DNA of 63,236 nucleotides, filler included, from Choristocarpus tenellus KU-1152 (lineage: Eukaryota > Protista > Phaeophyceae): assembly GCA_964200185.2 (NCBI GenBank). It is 10 parts of 10 records of this genome, joined end to end, with 100 filler letters (N's around TTAATTAATTAA, not from the genome) between each part and the next. Parts side by side here need not be neighbours in the genome. Positions count along the whole stretch, not along the records: positions 34,404 to 38,684 come from CAXNAD020015315.1; positions 38,785 to 44,238 come from CAXNAD020010727.1; positions 44,339 to 50,817 come from CAXNAD020008054.1; positions 50,918 to 53,517 come from CAXNAD020026390.1; 6 more parts are not named here. The stretch is one strand, 5' to 3'. Both the position numbers and the translations under genes were made by a program. Position 1 is the stretch's first letter. Every line of letters begins with the position of its first letter. Below are positions 37,859-50,996 of the stretch, one piece after another. The notes under the pieces were generated by a model. It worked only from the letters and a program-made list of their open reading frames with translations, was not told the origin of the DNA and did not search any database.

Positions 37859-38503
37859 ATTTTTTCTTTATACAGTTGAATTAATAGTATACTAGGTGCA
37901 TTATATAGATACCACTACAGAACAGCATTTTGGTAGGTTTCCTAAAAACAACTCTAATTTACTGGTCGATGCATTTTTTGTAATGTACATTTTTTGTTCT
38001 CTAATTTTTGCTTTACCCATGAGAGGCAAACATGTCGAGAACACTTGAACCAAAGTGTGCCATGTTAACATATATACGACTAAATTTCAACCTCTAAATA
38101 AATATCTGGGGAGGACAATAATTCCTGATCGATGTATCTCCCCTCTGTATCCCTACTACTAGCCTTGGTATAAAATACTCCTTTGAGTAGTTGAGAAAAC
38201 ACTAGATATTTGAAATATCCTACAAGCATATTTAAGACTTACCTCTTATGGCAACAAAAGGGGAATCATATTCAGTATGCCCATCGCTTGCAAGATACGT
38301 ACCATAACCCTTGTACCGAGAAGCTCCCAAGTGCTATTTTGCCATCGTGTGATGCGATTTGAATGACCGTTGCAGTAGAATGGAGTTCAAGACAGCATAT
38401 AGTTGCGTCAAGCACACAACCCTATACAGCACATCAAAAGTATCACATGTACATTTTCTCACTGATCTTTGTTTTGTAAACACTTTGCGAAAGAACAAAT
38501 ATA

Positions 38504-38536
<33 letters not shown>

Positions 38537-40904
38537 TAATTATTCAAGCTTGAACACTTGAAACGAAACAAAATCTTGTAAGCTTCTTCCGACCCAAAAT
38601 ATCTGGGGGGGGGGGGGGGGGGGGGAAACCCCCGGGGGGGCAAAAGAGGAGGGGGGGGGGGGGAGGGGAGAAAGAGGGGAGTGCNNNNNNNNNNNNNNNN
38701 NNNNNNNNNNNNNNNNNNNNNNNNNNNNTTAATTAATTAANNNNNNNNNNNNNNNNNNNNNNNNNNNNNNNNNNNNNNNNNNNNGGTGAAAAACGGACGC
38801 CGACACCCCCTCCCCAGATACTTTGACCCAAATGAGAGTTTAATATTTTATTTGTGCAGCTCAATAAGAACAGCAGAAAGACTTCAATGAACGGATACCA
38901 TCATGAAACGCTTTCAGTGATATCATACAAACAAGCTTTTTTCCTTTCGATAGGGCATTTTAGTACCTCCTTGGTGCATCTTATTATTTATTCCTTTAAT
39001 GACTCAGATCTCTAAAAGTGCGTATCGATGACAGCCACCATGTCGAATTGATGGGACAGCAGTGAGATGGACAGAAACAGGATCAAGGCGAACAAGACAA
39101 TTGGATGAGCTGAGATGGATGATCGAGGTACCCTCAAGACAGTAAACATAGTCGCATGAACAAGGTGCACGCGAACAAAACCAAAAAAAAAGGAAACAGA
39201 GCAAATCCAGCTTACGCCTGATGCTTGAATTGTAAGAGTTTGCAAGATGACCCAACCTTTGAGAGTTGCTCATGATGACCTCAAAGAAGCAATAATCAGT
39301 TGAGAGGGCCCGAAAGAGACTATTGTCACTCAACAGAATCTTCAACATAATCTGAGACGAACAAAAGGATCCATGAAGATTCTGGTCAAAATTGACACCA
39401 AGAATCCATGGTGGTTCTGGCAAGAGCTGGGATCAAGATTTCATGGATAATCAGCATCAGTGAATCAAGATTAGGACTATTGGCAAAACTCTCGATCGGA
39501 GATGGGCCGCTGGAAGTGTCCTTGGATTCAGAACCAGGAAAGACCCCAATGAAACTCTCAATCTTTGATGTGCCACCGGAGGTGTCTCTTGAACATCGCA
39601 AACCGGAAAAGACCTTTGATGAGATTCTCAAACTGAGATATGCCACCAGAGATGTCAGTCGGGCTGCTCTCCACACATTGCAAAATATTGTACTTACTGT
39701 TCTCATGAAGTAAGAGTGTGAAACAGACACAACGAAATATAGTAAGGCCTTACATTATCATGACCTCATATATTTTAGATATACTTCACCCTAGGTTGAA
39801 AAGGTAGAAAGTGGAGTAGTAAATATATACACAAGACAAAACTAGATGTAAGCACAGCTGCATGGGACAAATAATTTTACTAGGAAGAGCACCTTTACCT
39901 TTTCTGCTCCAAACAGGTACCTATTTCTAGAACGTTGTAAAAGGATGAGGAAGGTCGAGCAAAGTTTGGTGGAGGTAGAGGTTGTTGTGTAAGGATCAGA
40001 TGTTCAAGAGTTTCTTGGGGGGATAAGACCCACATGAGAGGAAGAATGGTGCAAGGTACCTTCGTAGGTTAGGTTACAACAAGAGAAGAGTATGGGACAG
40101 GCCACTGCATTTGAATGTTGTAATGTATTGTTGGAAGGGGATTTACATGTGGTGCTATTCAGGGAGACGTTTTGCTTATCGTTTGTACAGAACATATAGA
40201 TGATCCTCCAGGCTTTGAGTTCACACCCTAATAGATTAGATTTCATTCTGTTTGTTGTGGTGGTGATATTTAGGAAGGGGTTTAATTTCCCTTTGAGGTG
40301 AATTAAAGGATGTTCCACAAGGGTTCGTGTTGGTGCTCTGATCGATAGGATCATCATATAGTACACTTTCTCTTATCCGGTCCTATTTTATGTAGATAGT
40401 GAGTTGGGTGTTGCTATGGATTTAACGGAGTTGTTTAACAGTGTGAAAAACTAGGGCAAGTTTGAAATGGCTTCCATCCCGGGTGTGTGTAGGGAAGGAG
40501 CTGCGTAAGAGATCATAGACAGGTTTGGATTCAAAGAGGATGAGAGGTCATGGAAACCTTTACCTACTATTCTAAGGGATGCCTCTCTCTATGCGCTTAA
40601 GGAAACCGTGGAATGCTAAAGTATGCTAGGCTATTCTAAGTCTTTTAAAGATTGGTATTTGACCTGAGTCTGTTTTTGGCAATGTTTCTAGTTTGACCTC
40701 GGAGTTGAGTTTGCCAGTTGTTTGCTTGTTTTCATTTGGTATTGGTATCAGGAGAGAGGTTAGCGTAAATTGTGTTTTTGTCAAGCTTGCACTTTCTACT
40801 TTGTATTGGTCGCATGCTGGGCTATAGAGGTATTGTAGACCCAGATGGCGATTTTCAAACGTATGTTGCTGGCATTGGCATTGTTTTGGGCTTCTTGACC
40901 CTGC

Positions 40905-41163
40905 GAGTGAGAGTATCTTAGAGGGTACGAGTTTTGCCCTGTTTGTCCATTTGGGGCTTGACTTCCCATGAGTTCTTTTATGACATTTTCATACTCCAAA
41001 TTGTTTCAGAGTAGGTAAAATGTATTCGTTATGAAAAGGTGTGTCCGAAACAAAGATGTTGACACATACTAACAAATACGATAGCCAAAATTATATCAAA
41101 ATCACAACATTGGATTTTGGCCCCCAAATGGACGCGGCCCTACCCTCTAAGATACTTTGACTC
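40905..41163 (+). mobile_element. MITE family B copy
   Basis: 23-bp near-perfect TIR GAGTGAGAGTATCTTAGAGGGTA / TACCCTCTAAGATACTTTGACTC. Confidence 0.88.
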
Positions 41164-42915
41164 TGCCCCACTCTCAAGAAATTAATCAAGTGCACCAAGG
41201 GGGACACTTTGTAGAAGTAGGGAGACTGTGATTAGAGTGTCTGCAAACTAAGGGTAGAGGAGAAGGGTGTCTTATGGTAGTCACAAATATCAAGTATTCC
41301 ACTGCTTCATATCTGGAAATACCTACTAATGTCTTGGAGGGGTACTTGAGTTGGGCAACAAAGATAGGTTTATCAACACAATCCTGTTACATTACAAGCA
41401 ACAAAACTTGCCCTTCCAACTAGATGTCGTAGCCAGAAATGCGTACCACTGCACTTCAACAATGCCTTGACAGTAATTTGCCTATGATGCATAAACACTA
41501 AGAATAGCCTCATCACAATTCAGTAGTTGTATGGCTGTCTGAAGTAGGCCAGATGTCTACAAAGTGACACATTCGTATCTGAGGAATACAACCCAACTTT
41601 TCTTCCCAAATCTCCACCCTAAGAGCCTCTACTGTGAGCTCTTGAAGCAGTTTGGTGCTAGACTTGTGTGTCGTTACTCAACAAGGATATCACGAAAATT
41701 CAGGGAGTATGGACAAGTCACCAGGTACAGTGTTATGACTCGACATGGATACACGTATGCCAAGGGCCACGGTTGTGTCTAACTGAATCCCCCCAACAAA
41801 ACACAACTCAACTGCCCTTGCCTATGTCGGTCCTGTGTCCTCTTCAGGCAATGTTCTACTCAACCCACATGAAAGAACAAGAAAATCAAAATTAAGAACA
41901 ACAGTGAAATGTGGTGGTTCTAAAGGATTATCCAAAGAAATCTAGGCATTATCCGTCATCAAATGCTTGGTTTGCCAGTTTATGCCAATCTGGATTTTTT
42001 TTTGTGTGTGCAGTGTTCTGATGTGCAAATACATTGAGTAGAGAGACGTTTGCCGGGTAGATCATCACAGTTCTCCAATCACTGGACCTCATGTAGATTG
42101 CAGTAGAACAGTTGGATTAGTGGAGGAGGAATGGAAGAAAACCATCCTTTGATTATGTTTTTGTCTCGTTTGAGACTATGTTGGTCACCCTGAAGACTCA
42201 ATGAAAACTCTGGCACATCACTCTAGCACCTGCAAATTTATAATTAGAGCGTTCTCGCAATAGTTGTATATAACAAAATATATGTTACCCCAGTATAATT
42301 AAATAATTATGGTAGTACCTTCAAATATGCTGAGACAATAGGGTTGTTAGAGTTAGGAAAAGTGTTCATCAGAATAAAGTCTATTTTATAGCTCAAGTTT
42401 GCCACAAGATAGGAAGATGTGAATATTAGTAAGGGATTTCTCCAGGTCTTAATTCACCTTACATTCAACTGTTAAAAGAGATTAGTTATTATACAAACCT
42501 ATCTCCCCTAAAAATATTAACTGTTAATATACACCATATAGCCACCAATAGTACATCGAGATTAATATTTCTCTTGTCATTCATACAAGACCCTGGTTCA
42601 CCCCCAAAAAAACGCATCTCTCAGCCAGAGTTGGGCTTACACATTTTACAAGTCGGCTTACGAGTGTACTGCTTCTAAACAGAGGGATAGGGAAACCATA
42701 GGTCTTGCCCTTTTTTACACTGTCCAAGAAAACAGAAACATTTTTTGTCTCCAACAATACTTCATGTTATTCCACAAGCAATCGTTCCTGCTGCTTCAAA
42801 TGCACATTGTATATACCATATGCATGCTTGCACAGTAAACAAGCTCTCGACACAGAGGATTATCACAAAAAAAAAAAAAAAATGTTGGTTAATAGAACAC
42901 AGAGTGAACACCCCC

Positions 42916-43880
42916 TCATGGGGTGGTGGCATCAACAGTTGCGGCATTCATTGAGGTTGTCTCGTTTTCTGTTGAAATTGTGAGACGTGGTGCTGCAATC
43001 CATGTTGAAGATAAAAACACCAGAGTGTCCGCGCATATGTGAACGTATCTTAAGGACCATTCAATGACCACCAAATTCTCTGCAACTTCACTGAGGTTGT
43101 TGTATGTCTCCATGTTTGAAGCAAAGTTGTAGACGTAGATTGTTGCTCCCATGATTGAAAGGAGAAAGTAGACCTTAACAAACTTTGTCTGACAGCACCG
43201 GATCAGCTCTGACCTCCGGGAAATTATCATCCACAGGAGTATCGGTGCCATGAGAAGGCCACAGGCTGACTGCACGACTGAGAAGGACCGCGAGATCCAT
43301 TCGTCATGCTGCAGGGATATGATGACAGTAATTGCGCACAGTCCACAAGCATTTGAAATTTAGTTTGAAAAATCGATAAGGGGTTTTACAAAAATCAACT
43401 CCTGCAGAGGCACAGGCACTCTGCAAATGATTGGGTTGAGACTGGCACAGCACTCATGGAAAAAAAAGAACGGGAGCACCTTACTTCAAATGTGAGGAGG
43501 CAATCAAAGATGCTTGGTGGTACACAGTCAGGCAGTAGTCTTGAGGATTCTATCATATAGCTCACTTCTACTGGCATTGGTACCAAGATCGAAGCATCTA
43601 ACATGCATGCCAATTCACTTTGTGCATTCACTCTACAGCACACTATGATTTTGTAGGCGGGTGCAACAGCATTGAGTAGTACAGATGTCTGAAATCGGGT
43701 TTATAATCGTACTATAGCTTCTGCGGTAGTAGTATGAACCTACCTTGGTGTTGCCCACCCAGTAGGTGCCTGTTTGCAGGGCCAGCAGCCAAGAAGAAGA
43801 AGAAGAGCACAAAGAAAAAACAACAGCAAGAGGAGGAAGGGGTGGAAAGAAATTGTGCTATTTATTGGCAAGAAGTGGTC
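42916..43880 (-). CDS. 3' exons of a multipass membrane protein of unknown family
   Basis: Exons 43880-43744, 43632-43485 and 43308-42916 splice in frame (phases 2, 0) to a stop. Hydrophobic segments include FLLLLLFFLCALLLLLG, SACGLLMAPILLWMII, VYFLLSIMGATIYVYNF and YVHICADTLVFLSSTWIAA. Confidence 0.6.
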
Positions 43881-43928
43881 CTAGTAATCAGACAACTGTG
43901 TGCTCAATTTTCATATTCTTGCACAGTT

Positions 43929-44116
43929 GGTTCAAGTATCTGGGGGGGTAGGGGGTGGGGGCTGTCCATTTTGGGGCCCAATTGTCCATGCCAAGATTTT
44001 GGGTGATTTGGTTGCATGCGTCGGATGGATAATGTATATGCACTTATCCTGGTCATGGCATGAATGGACAACCTGGTGTAGAACCAACCCCCCTCCCTTC
44101 CCAAATACTTTAAGCC
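43929..44116 (+). mobile_element. MITE family A, complete copy with 4-bp TSD AGTT
   Basis: Termini GGTTCAAGTATCTGGGGG...CCCAAATACTTTAAGCC, flanked by AGTT at 43925-43928 and 44117-44120. The interior matches copies at 30809 and 32547. Confidence 0.9.
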
Positions 44117-44846
44117 AGTTAGGTGAGCATCATATTTGCCAACAGAACATAGTTTGCAAAGAACACACATCATAGCGTTTGCTGTGCAATGCGCAGAAGG
44201 ATCAAAGTATCTTAGGGGGGGGGGGGTTTGTGAGGGGGNNNNNNNNNNNNNNNNNNNNNNNNNNNNNNNNNNNNNNNNNNNNTTAATTAATTAANNNNNN
44301 NNNNNNNNNNNNNNNNNNNNNNNNNNNNNNNNNNNNNNGTGAAGTGAGGGGGAAAGGTTTGGGGGGGGGGGGGTGGTTTGTGAGGGGGCGTCCGTTTCGG
44401 TCAAGCAACTCTTTTTGTTGCTGACATTTCAAATCCGACACGTTTGACCAAATCACACAAAAAAGGGTGAAAAGGACGCCGACACCCCCCCCCAGATACT
44501 TCGATCCAATTTTGCCTAGGTTTGAGGGTTATGATTGGGTGAGAGTGCCCAATAGTACCACATGGGAATAAATCTGCCTTTGACTTAAAGTCATCAAAAT
44601 TGATTGTATTGGGGTCTACTCTAGGTGGGAAGTATCGCAAGACCTCAGGACTTATTTCTTCTGAGAATTGATGTGCTTGTGTGTGAGTGCAAGGTATGCC
44701 TTATGCTTGCAGACATTGAAGAGATGTGTGTTGAATGTAGGAATGAGAAACACCATGTGCTTTTGTTCATGACTATTTTAGTCTGGTACTATATAGCAAG
44801 GCTTCATTCACTTGTACTTTAGAACAGCAAGAACAGTAGGAATATA

Positions 44847-45560
44847 GTCCCTCTGTCTCATAGGTATATGCCGTTAAGTTGTAGCTCTTCGAGACGACCT
44901 CCGATTACAAAACGGATTTTGCGTTGGATTCCTTAGAATATTCTAAATTAATTATGTATACTGTATAAATATATAAATATGTCTTTGTAGGCGACTCAGT
45001 CTACTTCGACCGCTCTAGCCAACCCACTCTCCCGCTGCCATTTTTTGGTTCCCGTCTTCTACCTTGAAATCGTTCCCCACCAGTGCTCTTAACACCAAAT
45101 TGTACTTCTTAGACAGACTTTTCAACACCTTCTTGAGTGTGCCTGCATCGTATGTGTGGAACGTGCTCTTAACCCCCTCTACAAGGTCGTCAATGACGTC
45201 GTAACGCTCCACCCAAACCCTGTTCTTCAGGGATGCAAAAAAAAACAAATCATTGATGCTAAAATCCTGTTCCCTCACTATTGATGTGGAGAGCTGTTGG
45301 AGAGGTATGCGCTTGAGTGTGTACCTGTGGGGTTGTGAGAATGGTAGGCGCCTCCTCGCCTCACCAAGACATTAAAAAATGAGCTGAATATTTAAAAAAA
45401 AATCGGAACCATTTCAGGACGGAAAGCTTTTCAGAATTATTCTATTTTTCATTGATGGTGTAGAATATTTCAAAGAAACCAACGCAAAAATTCCTTTTGT
45501 AATCGGAGGTTATCTCGGAGAGCTACAACTTAACGGCACAGACTTATGGGACAGAGGGAG
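44847..45560 (-). mobile_element. Internally deleted mariner element, plant-type DD39D / Stowaway-like TIRs
   Basis: ~90-bp TIRs beginning (G/C)TCCCTCTGT after a TA. ORF 45015-45278 encodes the transposase C-terminus (DFSINDLFFFASLK...IDDLVEGVKSTFHTYD...GNDFK). Confidence 0.85.
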
Positions 45561-46408
45561 TCGTTCAAAAGTAGAAATATACACTTCACACCACTTTAAA
45601 GTATTCTGCGTAATGCTTACACCATAAAAAAATATGCACTTGGAAAGATAACTCAACCATTTCTTTCACCATTGCTCTGCTAACACTGTCATGTGTGGGG
45701 ATCCTGGAGGAATATGAGCTAGAATTGTCAACAATGTTGCACCATTTGGTGCTCTTGCATCTGTATTCTACATAACTGCACTCCTTCCCCCACAAAGGAT
45801 AACAATGTCGTGCCCTCCCCAGACATGGCTAACGTTCGATCCTCTCCAAGGCTCTAGTGACCCAGAGATATGGTCTAGTATTGAGCCAACGTAATTGAGA
45901 GGTTGTTTTGCATTTTTATCAATTTTTTCATCTTTTGGAATTCACATTTATTTCTTCAGATAATATCCTAGGATGGTCTTGATACGGATGATTTCTCCAC
46001 TATTTCAAAAATTTTGGACAACATTAATAAAATTCCCATACACGCAATTGTGCAAAAAGTCGAATTTCGCGTATTTGTCAGCATCCTTAAAATGCAACCC
46101 TTAGCACCTCTTGTACATTTTGGCTCATTGCAGTATGCCCTTCCCCCTCCCAGTCTCCTACACTCACATGCCAGGATGAATGGTGGGGACTGTAATATTA
46201 TAGTAACTGTAAAGTACTGATTATAAGTAGCAACAGCAACTGTACGATAGTTGAAGGGTCAGAGGACATGGTGCAACATATGCACAAATAGATCAGCCCT
46301 TTGGTGAACTCGAGCCAATAGGATACACTCTCCCTCTTGCCTTCCCTATTATAGCATTGTTGTGGCCCCCATACATTTCTCATGCCCCTTCCTCCCTCCT
46401 CACACAAC

Positions 46409-49400
46409 CTGTGTTTCCTGCAGTGTCAGTCTTGCATCCCCAACATCGCATTCTGCCTCTACCAGCGCCTTCTCCAGATCAGAAATATCGTTTAAGGCGG
46501 CCTCATAGCGAATTTGAGCCTCTGCCATGCCATTGTTAGGAATCTGTGCGGAAATTGTGACGGTGAGAAGAGGAGAGGGCATGCATTATATGCTGGTCCT
46601 TCTTGTCCCCTTTGAGTAAAGAATCAAGAAGGCTATGATGTACCAATTGTTCAAGCATTCAATTCAAGCCTGCTATTCTCGACACACGCCCCAGAAGAGC
46701 AATATGACCTGTTTAGTAGCTGCCATGTACCTGGTACTTGAAGGTACCCAGATATTTCGCATAGGTCTGATGGTGGGGGCTTGGTCTTGCTCTTGTAGAG
46801 ATCAGATATTGAGTTGAATGTTAGGGATATCACACGGCATTGTATTGGTGCTGCAAGGTTGCGAGCATACATCCCCACCTCTCCTCCTTCCAAGCTATTT
46901 GCTAGTCCTTTGCATCTAACCTTCCGAGTAGACTGCCGCCTCATACTTGTATCTGCTAGCTGAATGCACGCCAATTGTTGTTTGAGAGTAGAATTTGATG
47001 CCGTGAGTCCTGAGCATACATGAGCAATAAACATTTGCGGAATTGATGGGGTGCTGGAATGTTTCTTTTTGTGCCCTTGTGCAGGGCAGGACGAAGGGGA
47101 ACATGGGCAATAGAAGTCTCCTAAACTTGCTTCCTTCTGTACCATGCAAAGAGACGATTGCTGCTGTCCCAGATTGCAACTAACGGAAGTCCTAATACTT
47201 GCTGGAGTCTCATATATTTATTTGGAAACCCTATTTATCTCATATATAGAGTGTACCCATATTTGATGTGCATCACGCTCCCATGGGTCCAATAGGATGA
47301 CTTCAAGCAAACTGGGCAGTGATGTAAGATCTCTGGATCAGGGAAATATTGAGACTAAACAGTAGGTATGAAAGTCAAAGGGGATTGGCAGCAGGAATGG
47401 GACAATGAAGCAAAGTAAACAAGAGGTACCCAGGTTTTGGCCGTTTTGCATTTTAACCCAGGCTTCTCAATCTTTTGAAATTCACCCATTTTTCCATGAA
47501 TAAAGCGCTAAGTCTGACTTGAGAGAGTTGATTCCTCTATTGTTTGAGAACTTTGGACAGAAATCAGGAAAGGTCCAATACGCGTTTGCACAAAAAAACA
47601 GATTTTGCACATATTTGTCAGCACACTTTAAATGCAACTCTGTCTGGGTGTACCTCTCATTTAATTCGGCTCAGCATCACATCAAAAACCATCAAAAGTT
47701 CAAATGCTTCGAACTGGAGGAGAAATATGTGAAATAGATAGGAAACTTCCCCGAGGCAATAACAAATAGAGTATGACAAGGCGAAAGGCGCAAGAACTCT
47801 GCTCTCAATTATTCCTCCGACTTCTCCCAACCAGTTAGTTCCCTGCATCCATCCATGCCATACCAGCATTCTCAGCAGCAAGCTTGGATAGCTCTTCTCG
47901 AGCCTCTCTCAGCTGCTCATTGAGGTTGTCAGGAACGGGCAGAGGAGGCCTAGTGACAAGAGCGCCCTTAAGAAGAGGTTCTCTTTCACAGTGTAAAGAG
48001 GCAGGTAGATTGGTAGTGATGATGTAGGCGGGGTGAGGAAGGGGAGAGCATAACGGCGGAGAAGTGAGGTTGTGACTAGTTTTGTAATGACGATTTGGAA
48101 ACTGTAATGGAAGAATAATTGCATGCACTGGTGTTTTCATAATTTTTTGCACTTTATAGCTTTCCGGACAGGATGCAGTACCTCTCTTTCAATCCAATGT
48201 CGTCTTGGTACCCTTTTTTCATTGACTGAACATCGAAGAATTTACTCCCTAAATATTAAAATATTCTATGGCATTCAAGAAGCGGCACTACCCCATATCC
48301 CAAACACTATGCACTTCAGCCTAACACTTGAGAGACTTCCATTCTTTTTCATGCAAGGCGGTCTTTTGTATTGAGAACACTGTTCAACCTCTTCATTTTA
48401 GAACATCTTCAAGAAACATAGGCAATACTGTCAGCAATGTAAGGGGTCAGGAGGTGGGCAAATCTCAGGGGAGGTGGGACGATACATTTGTTGCCATCAT
48501 CACACACTGGAGCGAAAGTATCTTAGAGGGTACGAGTTTTGCCCTACTTGTACATTTGAGGCTTCGCTTCCCATGGCTTTTTTAGGACATTTCATCTACC
48601 TTGAAATATCTTGGAGTAGATGAAATTCATACGCTGTGAAAAAGCGTGTCCGGAACTAGGATGTTGACACTTCCTAAAAAAAACCATAGTCAATTTCATC
48701 AAAATTGCAACATTGAATTTTGACCCCCAAACAGACATGGCTCTACCCTCTAAGATACTTTGACTCTTTTTCCATTTGTTCTAATTCATAGTGATAAAGT
48801 GAAATACCTAACTTGTCACTGCTACTTCAAAGACCATACACACCATATCTGCAATCATTGAAAATGAAACTGTAATGGCAGCCACAAACTCGTGCATACA
48901 GTGACTGTGATGAAATGGTTCACATATAGTGACAATGCAGGACTTAGAGAATTTCTACCATTCTGTTAGTTGGCATTTGACCACCCTACCTCGCCAGCTG
49001 CTCCTCCTTGCGGGCCTTATCCTCATAGCCGGCCACAATGTGCTGCAATCGTAAAATGTGGTGACTTGGGAGGTGGCATAACAGTGGTGTGAAGTCATCA
49101 GGGAGGAGAGACAGCCATGCTGATCAGAAGTGATGCAGGGGGTGTAGGACATAAGGCGAAACCTGATTGGGGATACCTTCCAGCTTGGCTGTTGATAGAG
49201 GGTGAAGCTCCTTCTTGCTGCATATGTGCTGTCAACTACTGATCAATACTCACTGCAATGAAACGACTAGAAGCTGTGAACTTAGTATGTATCTCTTTCA
49301 CACTGAATGTTCTTGACACAACAAAAACAAACCTATAGTCGTCCAGACCCCCAAGTAGTTTCTTTTTCTCTTTATGGAACCGTTGCTCAAAGGTTGTTGC

Positions 49401-50312
49401 GCGCAACTCTGCTCCTGACAGCCGTGCTTGAAGCTGCGTCCGTTCCTCCTGTGTAGACGAATCAAGAGGAAAGGGACTGATATGGAGTCTTTCTAGGGTG
49501 TAGGTACAGTGGGGCAGTTTTTGTTCCCTGATCTAATGCTAGCACTTCAGCAACTCTGTGCCACACAGTTTAGTAAAAGCTGGAATTACATTATTATTCC
49601 TTGTGAAATCTGCACAACTTCCTCTCAAGAACAGGAAGCACAGTCGTGAAAAAATGTTCTTAAAAAAAATGAAAAATGAGATGAGAAACTGGGACTAGCA
49701 CAGCCAATAGAATGAACAATTCCAAGCACTGGAATGCCAGCAAAGAAATCTGGAGTGCTTGATAGTGTCTTGGCTCTTTTGCTGGAAAAAAATTAATTTG
49801 GATTGCTTTGTCTGCAGAGTTGCAAACTGCACCCCCCCAAATTGAACAATTCCAAGCACTGGAATGCCAGCAAAGAAATCTGGAGTGCTTGATAGTGTCT
49901 TGGCTCTTTTGCTGGAAAAAAAAAATTGGATTGCTTTGTCTGCAGAGTTGCAAACTGCACCCCCCCAAATGCTGCAATACAGCTCAATCTTAACCTAGAT
50001 CACAAATAGTCTACATTTAAGTACATGGCACTAATTAACAGATCACAACAGGCACAATATTGACACATGACAGGTATCGGAAGCAAATACATACAATGCT
50101 ACAATATCATGGGGGATCAACCTTCGCCATTGTAGAATTTATCACCTATTGAGAGGTACTATATGTTTTCAACAGGCTCTGCATCATCACAAATATACTT
50201 CGGCAGCTACACTTGCCTGAAGAGACTTTAGTAGATCCTCCACCTTGTGGGCATGCACTTCTAGCTCGGATATCTTATCCTTTGCCGACTTCTTAAGGTT
50301 TTCACCCTGCCT
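46409..50312 (-). CDS. Coiled-coil protein, internal exons, function unknown
   Basis: AG/GT-bounded heptad-rich exons: 50312-50199 (RQGENLKKSAKDKISELEVHAHKVEDLLKSLQASVAAE), 49448-49381 (EERTQLQARLSGAELRATTFEQ), 47912-47864 (LREAREELSKLAAENA), 47009-46921 (GLTASNSTLKQQLACIQ...), 46543-46409 (AEAQIRYEAALNDISDLEKALVEAE...). The last three are phase-consistent; others are uncertain. Confidence 0.65.
47422..47657. mobile_element. MITE-like element with a diverged sister copy at ~45898-46111
   Basis: Ends AGAGGTAC...GTACCTCT with subterminal TTGCATTT/AAATGCAA; internal blocks (TCTTTTG.AATTCAC, TATTTGTCAGCA) are shared between the two copies. Confidence 0.55.
48510..48766 (+). mobile_element. MITE family B copy, intronic
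   Basis: GAGCGAAAGTATCTTAGAGGGTA ... TACCCTCTAAGATACTTTGACTC; no clear TSD. Confidence 0.85.
49713..49970 (+). repeat. Near-perfect tandem duplication, 2 x ~130 bp, intronic
   Basis: Unit TGAACAATTCCAAGCACTGG...CACCCCCCCAAAT starts at 49713 and 49843; the copies differ only around the poly-A tract. Confidence 0.95.
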
Positions 50313-50996
50313 CTGAGCTCTTCCATGTGTCCAATTCGAGTGTGATACATTGAGTGTGGTTGCGAGCATGTTTGTGTGTTCATTCAAATGCATCTGTTGT
50401 CCAAATTGTACTGACGGAGAAGAAAAAATTGTTACTGCTGAGTGAGCATCAAGTATTCTGTACATATTTTCAGCTTTCAATGCCACCTTGTATCCTGAGA
50501 ACGTCAGATGGGACTGCTCAGGTGACGACTCCCAACCATATATCTATCCAACTTTGGAGCTTTGCTTAATAGCGCTTGATCTTTGCTTAATCCCTGCCTG
50601 AAGTATATAAAACAGGTGTTGTTTATTAGCTCAACTCTTGTCGTCAATTGAGACAACGGATTTTTGTCTTTGGATCCGGGTCAAGAATACTACCAGGAGA
50701 AAAAAGAAGATATATGTATATATGTTGTGGCTCAAAATATCTGGGGGGAGGGGGGGGGGGGGGGGGGGCGCGGAAGAACCAGTCCGCGAAGTTGAAGTGC
50801 GCCGGAAGTTTTGGAAANNNNNNNNNNNNNNNNNNNNNNNNNNNNNNNNNNNNNNNNNNNNTTAATTAATTAANNNNNNNNNNNNNNNNNNNNNNNNNNN
50901 NNNNNNNNNNNNNNNNNCAACCATGACATGTCTCCAAACACGAACAAGGTACGTTAGCTCAAGAATGCACCCGGGAGCCCACATGAACCTACACAC

